A model generated the notes under the pieces. That model had not been told where the DNA came from. It did no database searches and saw nothing but the letters and a program-made list of their open reading frames with translations. From Octopus sinensis (taxonomy: Eukaryota), in contig NC_043001.1 of assembly GCF_006345805.1 (NCBI RefSeq), forward strand, positions 81,840,001-81,904,000: DNA of 64,000 bases. Direction: 5' to 3'. Shown here in pieces: positions 40,771 through 53,991 of this stretch. The position numbers and the translations under genes were made by a program. Within the stretch, counting starts at the first letter, position 1, and each line of letters opens with the position of its first letter.

Positions 40771-43700
40771 TAAGATATAGTTTGAGGGAAATTTGACTTA
40801 TTCAAGGAAGTTGAGTGACCAAATAATGTGTTAGGTGACAAAGTTTGTACTAAACTGAAATTTACCGTTCTTGATATACGTTTAAACAGCAAATGCTCTG
40901 TAAACATCGATTCAAACCACGATAGCAACTCAATAAAACAAAATCGGTAAAACACTAGCTAGAGAAAGGTAGAATTATCACTAGTCTACCTTCACTAGCA
41001 CCAAAGCAGTGGCAATATAAAATATGGGAGGTTTTTCTGCCGCACGTTGTAGAATCATGCTCTATCTGTAACTACAATATCTATCTTTACTGGGGGTTTT
41101 TTTAATGGAAAAGCATATTTGGGATTACCTCATTCAATGCATCTTTCTTTTTCGTTTAATAGTCTGAGGGATATTTGACAGTTATTACAAGCACGTTGAG
41201 TAACTAGATAAAGCTGTATTGAGTAAGAAGACAGTTGTACTAAGTGCTTCACTTTCTCGAAATAGTTATATTTAAATAACAAGGTTAATGATTAAAGAGA
41301 AAAAAAATATGATTAGCTTCATCGAAAAGTTGTAAGAGAGACAAACAACAACGGCAACCATGTTTAGTGACCGAGATATTAAGAAAACGAAATCAAAGTC
41401 TGCAGTTATAATGAGACAAAGTAATAATTATCGAAGTAATTAAAAAACTTTGACTGCCGAGTTTGCCAAAATTAGCTGAAAAACCAACAACATTCATTAG
41501 AAGAGTTTAAAAAAATAAATAATAAACACTAGAATTAGTGCGGGAATGGTGTGGTGGTAGTTAATGAGGAAACTTCATCATCATCACCGTCAGTTTACCA
41601 TGCTCGCATGGGTTCGGAACGAATGTGTTCAGGTAAATTTTCTACGGTGAGAGGCCCTTCTCGTTGTCAATGCTCACTTTTTCAAATGAGGCAATATTTT
41701 CCTATGATCAGACAGTTTCACGGAAGATTGGAAACGAATAGTACTGCTTGCATGACGGTGGCACTTATTTACATCTACATTATGACAAGACAAGACACAT
41801 ACATATAAACACACACACACACACATATACACGCGCGCACACACACACAAACACACACCAGACTTCTTTTAGTTTCTGTCTACCAAATCTATTCAAAGTG
41901 GAGGCGCGTGGCGTAGTGGTTAGGGTGTCAGTATCATGATCGTAAGATTGTGGTTTCGATTCCTGGACCGGGCGACGCGTTGTGTTCTTGAGCAAAACAT
42001 TTCATTTCACGTTGCTCCAGTCCACTCAGCTGGCAAAAATGAGTAACGCTGCGATGGACTGGCGTCTCGTCCAGCTGGGGAACACATACGCCATTGAAAC
42101 TGGGCCCATGAGCTTGGCTAGGCTTGAAAAGGGCGAAAAAAAAAGGCTTTGACCGGCCCGGGACTACAGTAGAAGACACTTGCCCAAGGTGCTACACAGT
42201 GGAAACTGAATCCGAAACCTTCTTGTTGGGAAGCCTTGAGTTGACAGATATTTTGTGAGAGAAAATGACTAAGTGTAATTTAGACGTAGAAGAACGAATA
42301 TGGTACTTAATTTATAAATTTGACGGAGAGTATTTTCGTAAACCAGGAATTCATTTTGTATGATATTTGATAACCCTGTATTTGTCTATATTGTTCATAT
42401 ATATGCTAATGATCAATGAGTTAATCCCTTTGCTGATTTTTGTTTAATTAATTTCGTATGTGGATAGCAACGTTTGAATAATTCAGATGATAGCATCAGC
42501 TGAATTAATTCTGTTTCCCTACACCCTGCACTAACAAAATACGAATGTATACAATCTTGTACGTTTATTTTGTGACCCTTTCATCACTACTCTGACAAAC
42601 CAAGTAACAAATCTTATTCTGACAAGATCAGAATAAGATTGAAACATATCCCCCGGTGTTGTTCCATACTTGGTGGAAAGACGAAATTAATATTAGCTAT
42701 TCACTGATATTGATTTTTCTCATCGACCTATAATTATTTTTAGTTAGCTCGTTAATGCATCATTTATTATATATGTTAATACTAAACCTAATTTTCAATT
42801 TCTAATTTCTTTTTTTTTTTTTTAAATTCGATTTCTTTACCAATAGAAATATGAATTAGCTGGTATCAAAAGGTGTCTTTCTTTTCTCCAGTGCAGTAGC
42901 TATTTTTATATATAAATATGCCTGAGACAAGTTCGTGTAATTATCGGTATCATTAAAGCGGTGAGCTGGAAAAATCGTTAGAGTGTCGAAATGCTTAGCA
43001 GCGTTTCTTCCGGCTCTTTACCTTCCGAGTTCAAACCCCGCCGATGTCACATTTACCTTCCATCCTTTATGGGTCGATAAAATAAGTACCAGGAAAAATC
43101 TGAGGTCGATGTTACCGACTAACCCCCTCCACTCAAAAATATCGGGCCTCGTGTCTATAATAGAAAGGATTATCATTATTGTTATTATTAAGGCGGCGAG
43201 CTGGTGGAATTGTTAGTACGCTGGAATGAAATGATTAGCTGTCTATGAAATGATTGTCCGTCGCTACGTTCTGAGTCCAAATTCCGCCGAGGTCGACTTT
43301 GACTTTCATCTTGTGCCTTTAGTAGAAAAGATTATTATTATTATTATTATTATTATTTATTATACGAGCTGGATGAATTCTTAGCACGACAGACAGAGTT
43401 CCTATTTCGCCGAGGTCGACTTTGCTTTCATCTCTTCGCGGGCGATGAAATAGGTACCAGTTGAACACTGGGGATCGATGAAATCGACTAACTCCTCTTG
43501 CCAAAATTTCAGACCTTCTGCCCGCAGAAATGATTGTCACTGACCAGTGACGCTGGGATGCAAATATACGATGCCTGATATACTCATCACGACTACCACC
43601 GGTCTCATGCATCACAACCATATGTGCGCGACGTAGTGACCTCATATCAAGATAAACAGCGCATGACCCAGAAGGTGAGGGTCAGAATTTTCTTCAAGTA

Positions 43701-44178
43701 GAGTAGCCCATTCCACCCAAAAGATCTCTGAGTACGAGTTAAGGTTGATGAACGAAACACTCGTGTTTCCAGAGGTGAATTACTCAAAACTTGAAGAATC
43801 TCTCCCAACACTATGATGCGCTCCCACTACTACTGCTAGTGATCAAAGATGAATATATCGTCAGCTACTAAGGGACATGCTCAACTGGTTATGGTCAAGC
43901 AACTGACAAGCAAGACTATTGAGTGGAATATTTGTTGTACTCATCTTTTATACTAAGACAAAACATGTATATTGATAACACTTCCAATCAGTTAAGTTTT
44001 GTAATGCTATATGAACTGGGTTTGACTGTAACTCAAGTCTTTTAGCGTTCATGGAAAGGTTAATTCCACACAAAATCTAAAGAAATCTATTGTTGCCTTA
44101 TTTTCTAATGCTGTGAAGTTTCTTAAAATTTGTGGCGTTTGACAAATTTATTTTAGGAGAGGGGCTATAAGGTACATA

Positions 44179-44485
44179 ACGATAAACGTCGCCCTTTTCA
44201 AGCCTAGCCAGGCTCATGGGCTCGGTTTCTGTGGCGTATGTGTCCTCCCCCCAGCTGACGGGACGCCAGTCCATCGCAGCGTTACTCAAGAAACAGGAAG
44301 AGAGAGTGAGAGAAAGTATTGGCGAAAGAGTACAACAGGGGTTGCCACCACCCCCTGCCGGAGCCTCGTGGAGCTCTTTAGGTGTTTTCGCTCAATAAAC
44401 ACACACAACGCCCGGTCTGGGAATCGAAATCGCAATCCTCCGACCGCGAGTCCGCTGCCCTAACCAATGGGCCATTACACCTCCA
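44179..44485 (-). mobile_element. SINE-C with 14-bp TSD CTATAAGGTACATA
   Basis: TSD at 44165-44178 and 44486-44499. Confidence 0.9.
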
Positions 44486-44744
44486 CTATAAGGTACATAC
44501 CCTTATAGAATTATCTCACACATCTAGACTACAGAGCAATGAGTTTTTTCAACCGAACAGACAAAAACAAATAGAATCCCTGGGGTCTTACTTCAAAGTA
44601 GAAAAACTGGGGGTGCACGTAGGGAAGGTGGTTCATCTCAAAAAAGGTTTCAAGTCCCAGGGTAAAGGAACAATAAACCTGGTGGCTGTGTACCAGTTGG
44701 ATTTAAATGAATGATGATGTAACTAATGAAACAGAGTTCGCTAA

Positions 44745-44972
44745 GCCCTATGGCATTCAGATTTCTCTGTCAAATCTAATGCTTATTTATTCACATTGTT
44801 TTGAACTAATCGTGGGCTTGTCTCATAGCTTCAAGATTTCAATGGCGTAATTATTTATTTTTAGCAAGAGATTACAGAATAGGAGTGAGAAGATAAATCT
44901 GACCGGTTTGGATTTAAAAGAGTTAGCGTATTTAGGCCACATATGGTCAGTTTAAATGCTAAAGAATTAAAC
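44745..44972. mobile_element. Degenerate piggyBac-like MITE; inverted relative at about 57893-58121
   Basis: gcattcaga...aatgctaaag ends with worn ccct/aggg-ttaa termini. Confidence 0.55.
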
Positions 44973-45844
44973 ACACAATTACACCTTTCACCCCTGTATA
45001 ATTCAACACTTCTACTCAAAATCTTTTAAGTTTCTTTAGAGATATGTCAGTCACCATTTTGCAAAGCATGACAGAGGTAAACGTATAAATAGATATACAG
45101 TACGAATTCCATACACACAAAAAAATCCCTTGATAGAATGCCAACAGAAGCTAAAAAGCACACAACTTATTTATACAGAGAAAATATTTTGACAGTAAGT
45201 TTACCTAAAGAACAAGTTTTCGTTCTATTCTTAGATAAAAAGTTACCTTAATAAACCTGCATTACAGCAAAATTGTTTACCCTAATGCCTGTCTATTAAA
45301 TAATGGTTCATACACGGTGCTGCTGTTTCAACATTTTACAGCATTTGGCTATCGACTTTTTGTCCTTTTTAAGTAAAAAAAAAAAAAAAAATTTGATTCG
45401 CAAACTTGTATCATCATTGTTAACATTTATTATTATTATGCTAAAGGAAGGCAGCTGATTAAATTTATTCTATTTTTTATTTTATTTATTTGTTTTTGTG
45501 ACAGACATATTGAATTTTCCCCCCTCTCCTGGCTTTGGCAGTGAATTGCAAACACAGAGAAGAAAAAGCATAGCTGTGTGGAAAGAAGCTAGCTTCCCAA
45601 CTAAATGGTTTTGGGTTCAGTCCCATTGTTTGGATTCTTGGGCAAGTCTCTTTTTTGCTATAGCCCCGGGTTGGTCAAAGACTTGCGAGTGGATTTGGTA
45701 AAAAAGAAACCGATAGAAGCCTAACATGTATTCTGTGTTTCTTTGTGTTTGTCCCACACCACAACTTGACAACCAGTGTTGGTTTGCTTACGTCCCCCAT
45801 AAATTATTTTATTTACGCGCCCTTTTCAAGCCGATCCAGGCTCA

Positions 45845-46281
45845 TGGGCCCGGTTTCCCGGTTTCTATGGCGTATTTGTCTCCCCCCCCCACCACCACCG
45901 CCCCAGCTGGACGGGTCTCCAGTCCATCGCAGCGTTACTCAAGAAACAGGAAGAAAGAGTGAGAGAAAGTTGGGGCGAAAGAGTACAACAGGGGTCACCA
46001 TCCCCCCCCCCTGCGGAGACTCGTGGAGCTTTTAGGTGTTTTCGCTCAATAAACACATACAACGCCCGGTTTCGATTCCCAGACCGGACGTTGTGTGTGT
46101 TTATTGGGCGAAAAAACCTAAAAGCTCCACGATTCTCCGGCAGGGGGGCGGGATGGTGACCCCTGTTGTACTCTTTCGCCCCAACTTTCTCTCACTCTCT
46201 CTTCCTGTTTCTTGAGTAACGCTGCTTGACTGGTGTCCCGTCCAGCTGGGGAGAACACATACGCCATAGAAACCGGGCCCA
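45845..46281. repeat. Long fold-back made of two head-truncated SINE-C copies (arms about 200 bp, 12-nt loop 46071-46082)
   Basis: The arms are near reverse complements. Confidence 0.9.
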
Positions 46282-46314
46282 TAAATTTTATATATATATA
46301 ATATATATATATAT

Positions 46315-46345
<31 letters not shown>

Positions 46346-46846
46346 TTTTCCTGTACTTGTTTCAGTCATTTGACTGCGGCCATGCTGGAGCACCGCCTTT
46401 TAGAGTGGTGAAAGAGTACAGCAGGGATCACCACCTCCTGCCGGAGCCTCGTGGAGCTTTTAGGTGTTTTCGCTCAATAAACACACACAACGCCCGGTCT
46501 GGGAATCGAAACCGCGATCCTCCGACCGCAAGTCCGCTGCCCTAACCACTAGGCCATTGCGCCTCCGATATATATATATCGAGGGGCTTCTTTCAATTTC
46601 TGTCTACCAAATCCTCACGCAATATTTTCAATTGGCCCAGAACTATAGTAGTAGTAAGCACTTGCCCGAAGGTGCCATGCAATGGGAATGAACTTAAAAC
46701 TAATAATGGTTTAAGAGAAAAAAACTTCTCGACCACTCTGTTACACCTGCACCGAAACCACATCGGCAATCTTGCCATTACTAACTAGGCCTTCAAGCAA
46801 TGTCAGTTCAAACTTAGCGAGAAACCATATCGTATATAGATCTGGG

Positions 46847-47454
46847 GGATCTTTTCCTTTTGAACGGCAGATGTCAACACAATTTCTAGTTAACTAAACA
46901 CTTTTAAACTTCGTATACTGGTAGAATGTGTTTATAAAACATCATTTTCTCTTGGTTTCATTGAGAAAATTCTATAGTTTGTAAGATATTTCGTCTGAAA
47001 ATCCGAGCATTTCGGCAATTTTAACCAATCGATTACCTCCATTCAACTAAAATCATTTGCTGCGTCTAAAACTGAGACAACATCCTGTAACTAACCCTAA
47101 ACCTCCCCCTAACCCTAACTTTTTTTCTTAATTGTTAAATTAATTTAATTCCGTTGCTTTAGTTTTTTTTACACGCGTAACAATTAAATTAATTTAACAA
47201 TTAAGAAAAAAAAGATTTAGGGTTAGTGACAGGATGTTGTCTCAGTTTTAGACGCAGCAAATGATTTTAGCTCAAAAGAGAGCATAGGATTGGTTAAAAT
47301 TCGAAAAATTAAACTACGTTAAGCAAACAAATTACAATTTTCTCAAGAAAGCCAAGAGAAAAAAATGTTTTATTTTGAAAAATTCTACAAGTATACGAGG
47401 TTTTAAAGTGTTTAGTTAACTAGAAATTGTCTGCCGTTCAAAAGGAAAAGATCC
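46847..47454. mobile_element. Palindromic variant of the GGATC-TIR MITE with perfect 8-bp TSD GATCTGGG, inserted in a degenerate LINE RT remnant
   Basis: TSD at 46839-46846 and 47455-47462. The two halves are inverted. The flank reads TGKCEILITL (like RT FNxxKC). Confidence 0.9.
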
Positions 47455-47814
47455 GATCTGGGAATATAAATCAATTGATAACGATCGTCAGAGTTTGAAT
47501 TGATTTGAACGTGATCTAGATATTAATATTGGAAATATAAACTCTAACAATGGGGTTAATAACCGGGAAATGTGAAATCTTAATTACATTGAATCTTGAT
47601 CAATCTAATCTTAGACATGTAATCAACACAACAAATAACTTGCTCATTAGATGTTCTCACTTATTAAATAATAATAAAACATTTGTAGACATTGTTGTTG
47701 TGGTTGTTTGTTGTTATTGGAACGTTTCCGAATGTCACAAAATTCGGCACCAAAGAGCAGAGTGAAAAAACAATTTATAGAAGTGTTAAGTGTATATGCG
47801 TGCACGTGTGTGTA

Positions 47815-48242
47815 TATACACGTACACACACACATATATATACACACACATATACATACACACACACACACATACATACATACACACACACACACATACA
47901 TACACACACACACACATACATACACACACACACACATATACATACACATATACACACACATATATATACACACACACACATATACACACACATATACACA
48001 TACACATATACACACACACATACACACACATATACACACACATATGTACATACACACACACACATATACATACACACACATACATACACACACACATACA
48101 CACACACACACATACACACACACACACATACACACGCACACATATATACACACACATATACACACACACATACACATACATACACACACACACACACACA
48201 CATGCACACACACATACACACACACACACATATATATATATA
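47815..48242. repeat. Compound (CA)/(TA) microsatellite array
   Basis: Direct reading; source of the HT/CV-rich ORFs. Confidence 0.95.
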
Positions 48243-48966
48243 AAAGCAGGCAGGGTATTGATAGAGATGTTTGCCAACGTAGTCTTTTAGTCTTGCAGAA
48301 ACTTTCAACACGCAAGCTGTTCATTCATTAATTGATGAAAAACATGAAGTTGATAATTAATTAGGTATTAAAGTAAATGTTTAGAAGATTCTCTACTTTT
48401 ATCTCAGAACCCCCCACACACACATTCTCACCTTCACACACACGTCAGAATATTTACTTGAGATGTTTTTAAAGATCATCATCATCATTTTAATGTCTTC
48501 TTTTCCACAATTGTAAGAATTGGAGAAAATTTGTTGAGGTGAATCTTATACAGTCAGGTGACCTTCCTGTCACCAACCTTCGCCTGTTTCCAAGTAAAGT
48601 GATATTCCATATGAGTAAATAAAAAGACAACGCAGGTGGGACAAGTTTTAACAAGTGTATTAGTTTAACGCTTTATCAAGTGTTTTGATATTTTGGACAC
48701 TAGTCCTTCATCAAAAAAAGCTGAAACTTACAACTTCCCCAAGGTTAACTGCATGGTGACCTCAATAGTGCAGGTGACACTAAAAAAAAGCATCTAGTTC
48801 ACACTGTAAAGTGGTTGGCATAAGGAAGGGCATCAAGCTGTAAAAACCATGCCAAAACAGATATTGGAGCTTGATGCAGTCCTTGAACAAACTGGATCTG
48901 GTCAAACGGACCAATTCATGGTACCATGGAACATCGACATTAAATGATTATATACATATATATATA

Positions 48967-49129
48967 GGCGCAGGAGTGGCTGTGTGGTGGGTAGCTTGTT
49001 TACCAACCACATGGTTCCGGGTTCAGTCCCACTGCGTGGCACCTTGGGCAAGTGTCCTCTACTATAGCCTCGGGCCGACCAAAGCCTTGAGTGGATTTGG
49101 TGAGCGGAAACTGAAAGAAGCCCGTCGTG

Positions 49130-49203
<74 letters not shown>

Positions 49204-49434
49204 CGTGCGTGTGTGTGTGTGTGTGTGTGTGCGTGTATGTTTGTGTGTCTGTGTTCGTCCCCCTAGCATTGCTTGACAACCGATGCTGGTGTGTCCCCGT
49301 CACTTAGCAGTTCGGCAAAAGAGACCGATAGAATAAGTACTGGGCTTACAAAGAATAAGTCCCGGGGTCGAGTTGCTCGATTAAATGCGGTGCTCCAGCA
49401 TGGCCGCAATCAAATGACTGAAACAAGTAAAAGA
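48967..49434 (+). mobile_element. Full-length SINE-A; other full copies at 55521-55922 (+) and 58570-58934 (-)
   Basis: tRNA-like head, gcaccttgggcaagtg core, internal TA/TG tract, defined 3' end. Confidence 0.9.
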
Positions 49435-50239
49435 GTATATATAAATAGTATAGTAGAGGGTAGATTTAAGATTAAATATCTCAAATCATACCGTTGTTGT
49501 GATAGAAATCAACATCAAATTGTGTAAGAAATCATCAATAAATAATCAGAATTTAAATTCTTCCAAATTGCAACCCATTTTCATTGTTTTAATAGCATTA
49601 ATGACCACAACAGAGCATTTGAATAGAGACAATTTGGAAGAGAAAGCAACGAAAGCACACTGTATTGAATTAATTCCATTAAACCATTCCAAAGATCAAT
49701 CCCACGTGAGCTAAAGGAAGATCTATTACGTGTGTGTTTATGTATGTGTGTGTGTGTGTGTATGTGCACTTTAATCACTTCCCATCACCACCATTATACA
49801 ACAGAAGTGAGCCAACAAACACACAAACACAGTACATATTACATCATAAAAGCACTGGTTGAGACAGTGATACATATAAAGTTATGGCAAGCTAAGTGAA
49901 CTGGCTTGCCTTTAGTGTTAAAATGAGTCAACGGTTGTGTATATATGTATGTATGTGTGTGTTGGTGTGGGTGCACGTATGCGAATGATGGTTTCTTTGT
50001 CCAGACTAAATTAGACTAAAGTGATTTTGCTAAGAGATCTCCTGCGAAATGCTAATTAATTGCAATCTTATAAAGTGTGCAACCTTATAAAGTATAGGGT
50101 TGTAGTTGTTGTTGGTGGTGGTGTTTTTGTTGCTGTGGTGCCGAGAATGTAAAGTATCAGACAGAAATGTCTCATAGTGTTTAGTTTCCAATTCAAATGC
50201 CACGAAACCAGAAACAACTTTATATCATTTATTCTTTAT

Positions 50240-50780
50240 TCATCAACCAAGTTAATAAATTAGGAACCATATCCTTTCTTTCACGGCCAAATTTACAAAA
50301 GAGGTATCGTATTCTTTCGTCAACAGCCAAATTTATAAACAAGATATTACTGTCTTTCTTCTACAGTTAAATCTATAAAAGAGGCACCACAATTTTTTGT
50401 CAACAGCCAGATTTATAAACAAGGTATCATAGTCCTTCTGTGTTTAAATTAATAAAAGAGGTACTATATTCTTTCGTCTATAGCCAAATTTATAAAACAA
50501 GTACAATAGTCTTGCTTTCTGTGCTTAACTTATAAAACAGGTACCATATTCTTGCTTTCAGTACTAAATCTATAAAAGTGGGTACCGTATTCTTGCTTTC
50601 AGTGCCAAATTTAAAAATAGATACCATATTCTTGGTTTCAGTGCCAAATTTATAAAATAGGTACCACATTCTTCCTTCCAGGGCTAAATTTATAAAAGAA
50701 GTACCACATTCTTTCTTCCATAGCTAAATTCATAAATTAAGTACCATGTTCTTGCTTTCTGGGCTAAATTTATAAAGTAT
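50240..50780. repeat. Degenerate minisatellite of about 40 bp, about 13-14 units
   Basis: Recurring gctaaatttataaaa.aggtacca.attcttgctttc unit. Confidence 0.85.
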
Positions 50781-51336
50781 GAGCCTATCATGTTTTGGAA
50801 CCTCTCCAATTCCATTCAACTGATAACATAATCTCCCCGCAAATATCCCAACTTTATGTTCTCTCTGGTTATGGGTGACAAAGTGCTGGGAAAGGATTAA
50901 AAATGGCTAGAACATTGATGAAAATGTCCAAGTATAGAGACGAGACTCTAATTTATACCAACAACTTTACTATCATTTGAACTCTCGACAACATGGTTCA
51001 TAATCTGCAAAACAACAACAGTTAATATGGCGATGGTGGTGATGGTTATAAAGAATGTGAAGACATAGATGGCACTTCTTTAGCTGAAAAGTGATACTTA
51101 GAGGCCACTTCTCAATGGAAATGGATTGTTTCCTGTTTACCAATGTCTTTAAGGTTGAAGAGGGCCTGGAAAGTGGGATTAAATTGTGTAATTGACCACA
51201 CACACACATAGATGATTAAACTATAATCACACAACTACAAGACACACAGTCAAACAGCTCACACACTAGTCCAGACATATCTACACAAACACACACAAAC
51301 AAGCAAGTGTGTGAGATGTTGAGCTCACACACTAGC

Positions 51337-51399
<63 letters not shown>

Positions 51400-52496
51400 T
51401 ACATACATACACACACATACACACATACGCAGTCAAACAGCTCACACACAAGCCCATACATATCAACACATACACACACACACGCACCTGGATTGCTACG
51501 CACAAATATATCAACCTCTATATACAGCAATCACTATGTTATTAGATTTCACTAAGTGCACATGAGGGAGAGAAAGAGAGAGAGAGAGTGTGTGTGTCTG
51601 TGTGCATACATAATAGTGGATATACATACATATTCATGTAAGTACCACATTGTGTAGGTTGTCACAAGGTGTGTGCTACAGTGCTGAACCAACTAATCTG
51701 ACATAAGTACCTCTCTAGAATAAACATATAAACTTGAGGTTATTTCTATTCATAGTATGTACAAGGTTGGCCGTGTGGTTAAGAAGTGCATTTCTAAACC
51801 ATGTAGTCTTGGGTTCAGTCTCACTGCACAGCACTTTCAGCAAGTGTCATCATCGTCTATTATAGCTCCAGGATGACCAAAACCTTATGAGGGGATTGGC
51901 CAGATAGAAACTGAAAGAAGCACATCATGTATGTGTGAGTGTATCTGCAAGTGTGTGTGTGTGTGCCACCTGACTGGCTCCTGTGCTGGTGTGTGTGTGT
52001 GTGTGTGTGTGTGTGCGCATCTTTGTAAGTTTGTTTACAGTGGCACGTCCGTGACGGTGGCACGTAAAAAGCACCATCCGAACGTGGCCGATGCCAGCGC
52101 CACCTTGACTGGCTTCTGTGCCGGTGGCATGTAAAAAGCACCAATCTGATCGTGGCCATTGCCAGCCTCGCCTGGCACGTAAAAATCACCCACTACACTC
52201 ACGGAGTGGTTGGCGTTAGGAAGAGCATCCAGCTGTAGAAACACTGCCAGTTCAGACTGGAGCCTGGTGCAGCCTCCTGGCTTCCCAGACCCCGGTCAAA
52301 CCGTCCAACTCATGCTAGCACGGAAAATGGACATTAAACGATGATGATGATGATGATGAACAATTTAGTAAAATAACTTCATCATTAATAATAACCAGCA
52401 TGGAAGGTGGACATTAAACAATGATGATGAAGCTAGTGTTTGGTACATAAATCAACATTAAGTTTTGAGGGAAGGTTTGAATTTAGATCACTTTAA

Positions 52497-53084
52497 CCCT
52501 TTAGTTACTATATTTGTCTTAAAATACACCACCTTTCTTTCAATTAATTTTTAAAATACTGAACAATTTAGTAAAATAACTGTCATTAAATCAACATGAA
52601 GTTTTGATGGGAGACTTTAATTTAAATAACTTCAACACTTTTAGAAGCCATGGTTTCTCTTGAAATACACTGCTTTTCGCTTCAATTGATTTTGAAAATA
52701 ATCGAAGAATTTAAAGTAATAATGTTGGCATTATTAAGCTAGTGCATGGAACAAATTAACATGAAATTTTGATGGAAGGTTTTAATTCAGAGCACTTTAA
52801 AATATGGCCAGTCTCAGGTGGTTTACCTAGAACTATGTTGTAAAGCCAATCTCTTAAACACTTTCATTATCATATTTTTGTTGCAATGTACTCCCCGCTT
52901 TGTTTCAGTTAATTCTGAAAATAATGAAGAATCTAAGATAATAATTTTGCCATTAGTAAACTGTTGTTTGGAACATGAATTAAACATGAAATTTTGATAA
53001 AAGGTTTCAATTTAGATCATTTTAAATCAGGAAGTTTGTATCATAAAACCTGAGGCAGTCTCAAGCACGCTGGAGTCAGAAGGG
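52497..53084. mobile_element. piggyBac-like non-autonomous element(s) with internal tandem units
   Basis: TTAA|CCCT (52493-52500) ... AGGG|TTAA (53081-53088). Confidence 0.65.
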
Positions 53085-53158
53085 TTAAGCCATACAACTG
53101 CATTGAACAGATGTGTCCTTCTGTATGTTTTGATATACACAAATGTGTGTGTAAATAA

Positions 53159-53192
<34 letters not shown>

Positions 53193-53991
53193 GAGGAATA
53201 ATAAAGTATGTATTTTATAAATTTAGCCATGAAAGCAAGAATATAGAACCTATTCTATAAATGTGGCTTTGGGTGAAATAATATGGCATCAATTTTATAA
53301 GTATTCACAAAAAGAAGAAAATCAAAGGAAAACAGTTATGACACCAATATAGAAATTATAACCAGCTTGGTAAAGTTGACCATATTTTAACATGCAGTTG
53401 ACGTGGAGTTTCAAACACAAAAGAGTTAAAGACAAGAATAATTCAATGAATATTTAGTGAGTTTAGTAAAAGTAAAAAAAAACCAGACCGGATGAGAGAC
53501 AATGTTAGTTTAGAAAGAGACACACCAAGATGCAGAAGAACTCTCAGTATTTTGGTGAATTCTAGAAGATTCCATAGGTATAGCTGTGGGATTATAAATT
53601 TCACTTTGTAACCACATGATTTCAGGTTCAGTCCTATTGCATGGAACCTTGGGTAAGGGTCTACTATAGCCTCAAGCCAATCAATGCTTTATGAGTGAAT
53701 AGACGGAAACTGTGTGGAAGCCCATTATGTGTATATATATATGTGTGTGTGTGTGTATATATATATATAAGCTAAGTAAAATCTCTATCTTCCATACATA
53801 GAGGCTTGTCCTTTCAAATGCCCGTGCCACATAAAAAGCACCCAGTACACTCTTAAGCGGTTGACATTAGGAAGGGCATCCAGCTATAGAAACTGTCACA
53901 ACAGACAATTGGAGTCTGGCCAGCTCCAAATCAAATCATCCAACCCATGCCATCATGGAAGGCAGATATATATATATATATCTCTCTATAT

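Noticed and set aside
42610-42640. 13-bp stem hairpin aatcttattctga-caaga-tcagaataagatt
   Set aside because: AT-rich and short, with no context suggesting function; not a bacterial-type terminator in this setting.
44150-44714. Open frame reconstructed after removing the SINE at 44179-44485
   Set aside because: No recognisable domain; the ends look like a worn hAT MITE.
47647-48331. Six long overlapping ORFs (163-225 aa)
   Set aside because: Translations of a CA/TA microsatellite. The same applies to poly-I/L/Y ORFs at 740-1103, 27111-27420 and 36541-36861.
51026-51095. GDGYKECEDIDG, EGF-like look-alike on the plus strand
   Set aside because: No flanking cysteines or valid splice sites; the frame stops shortly after.
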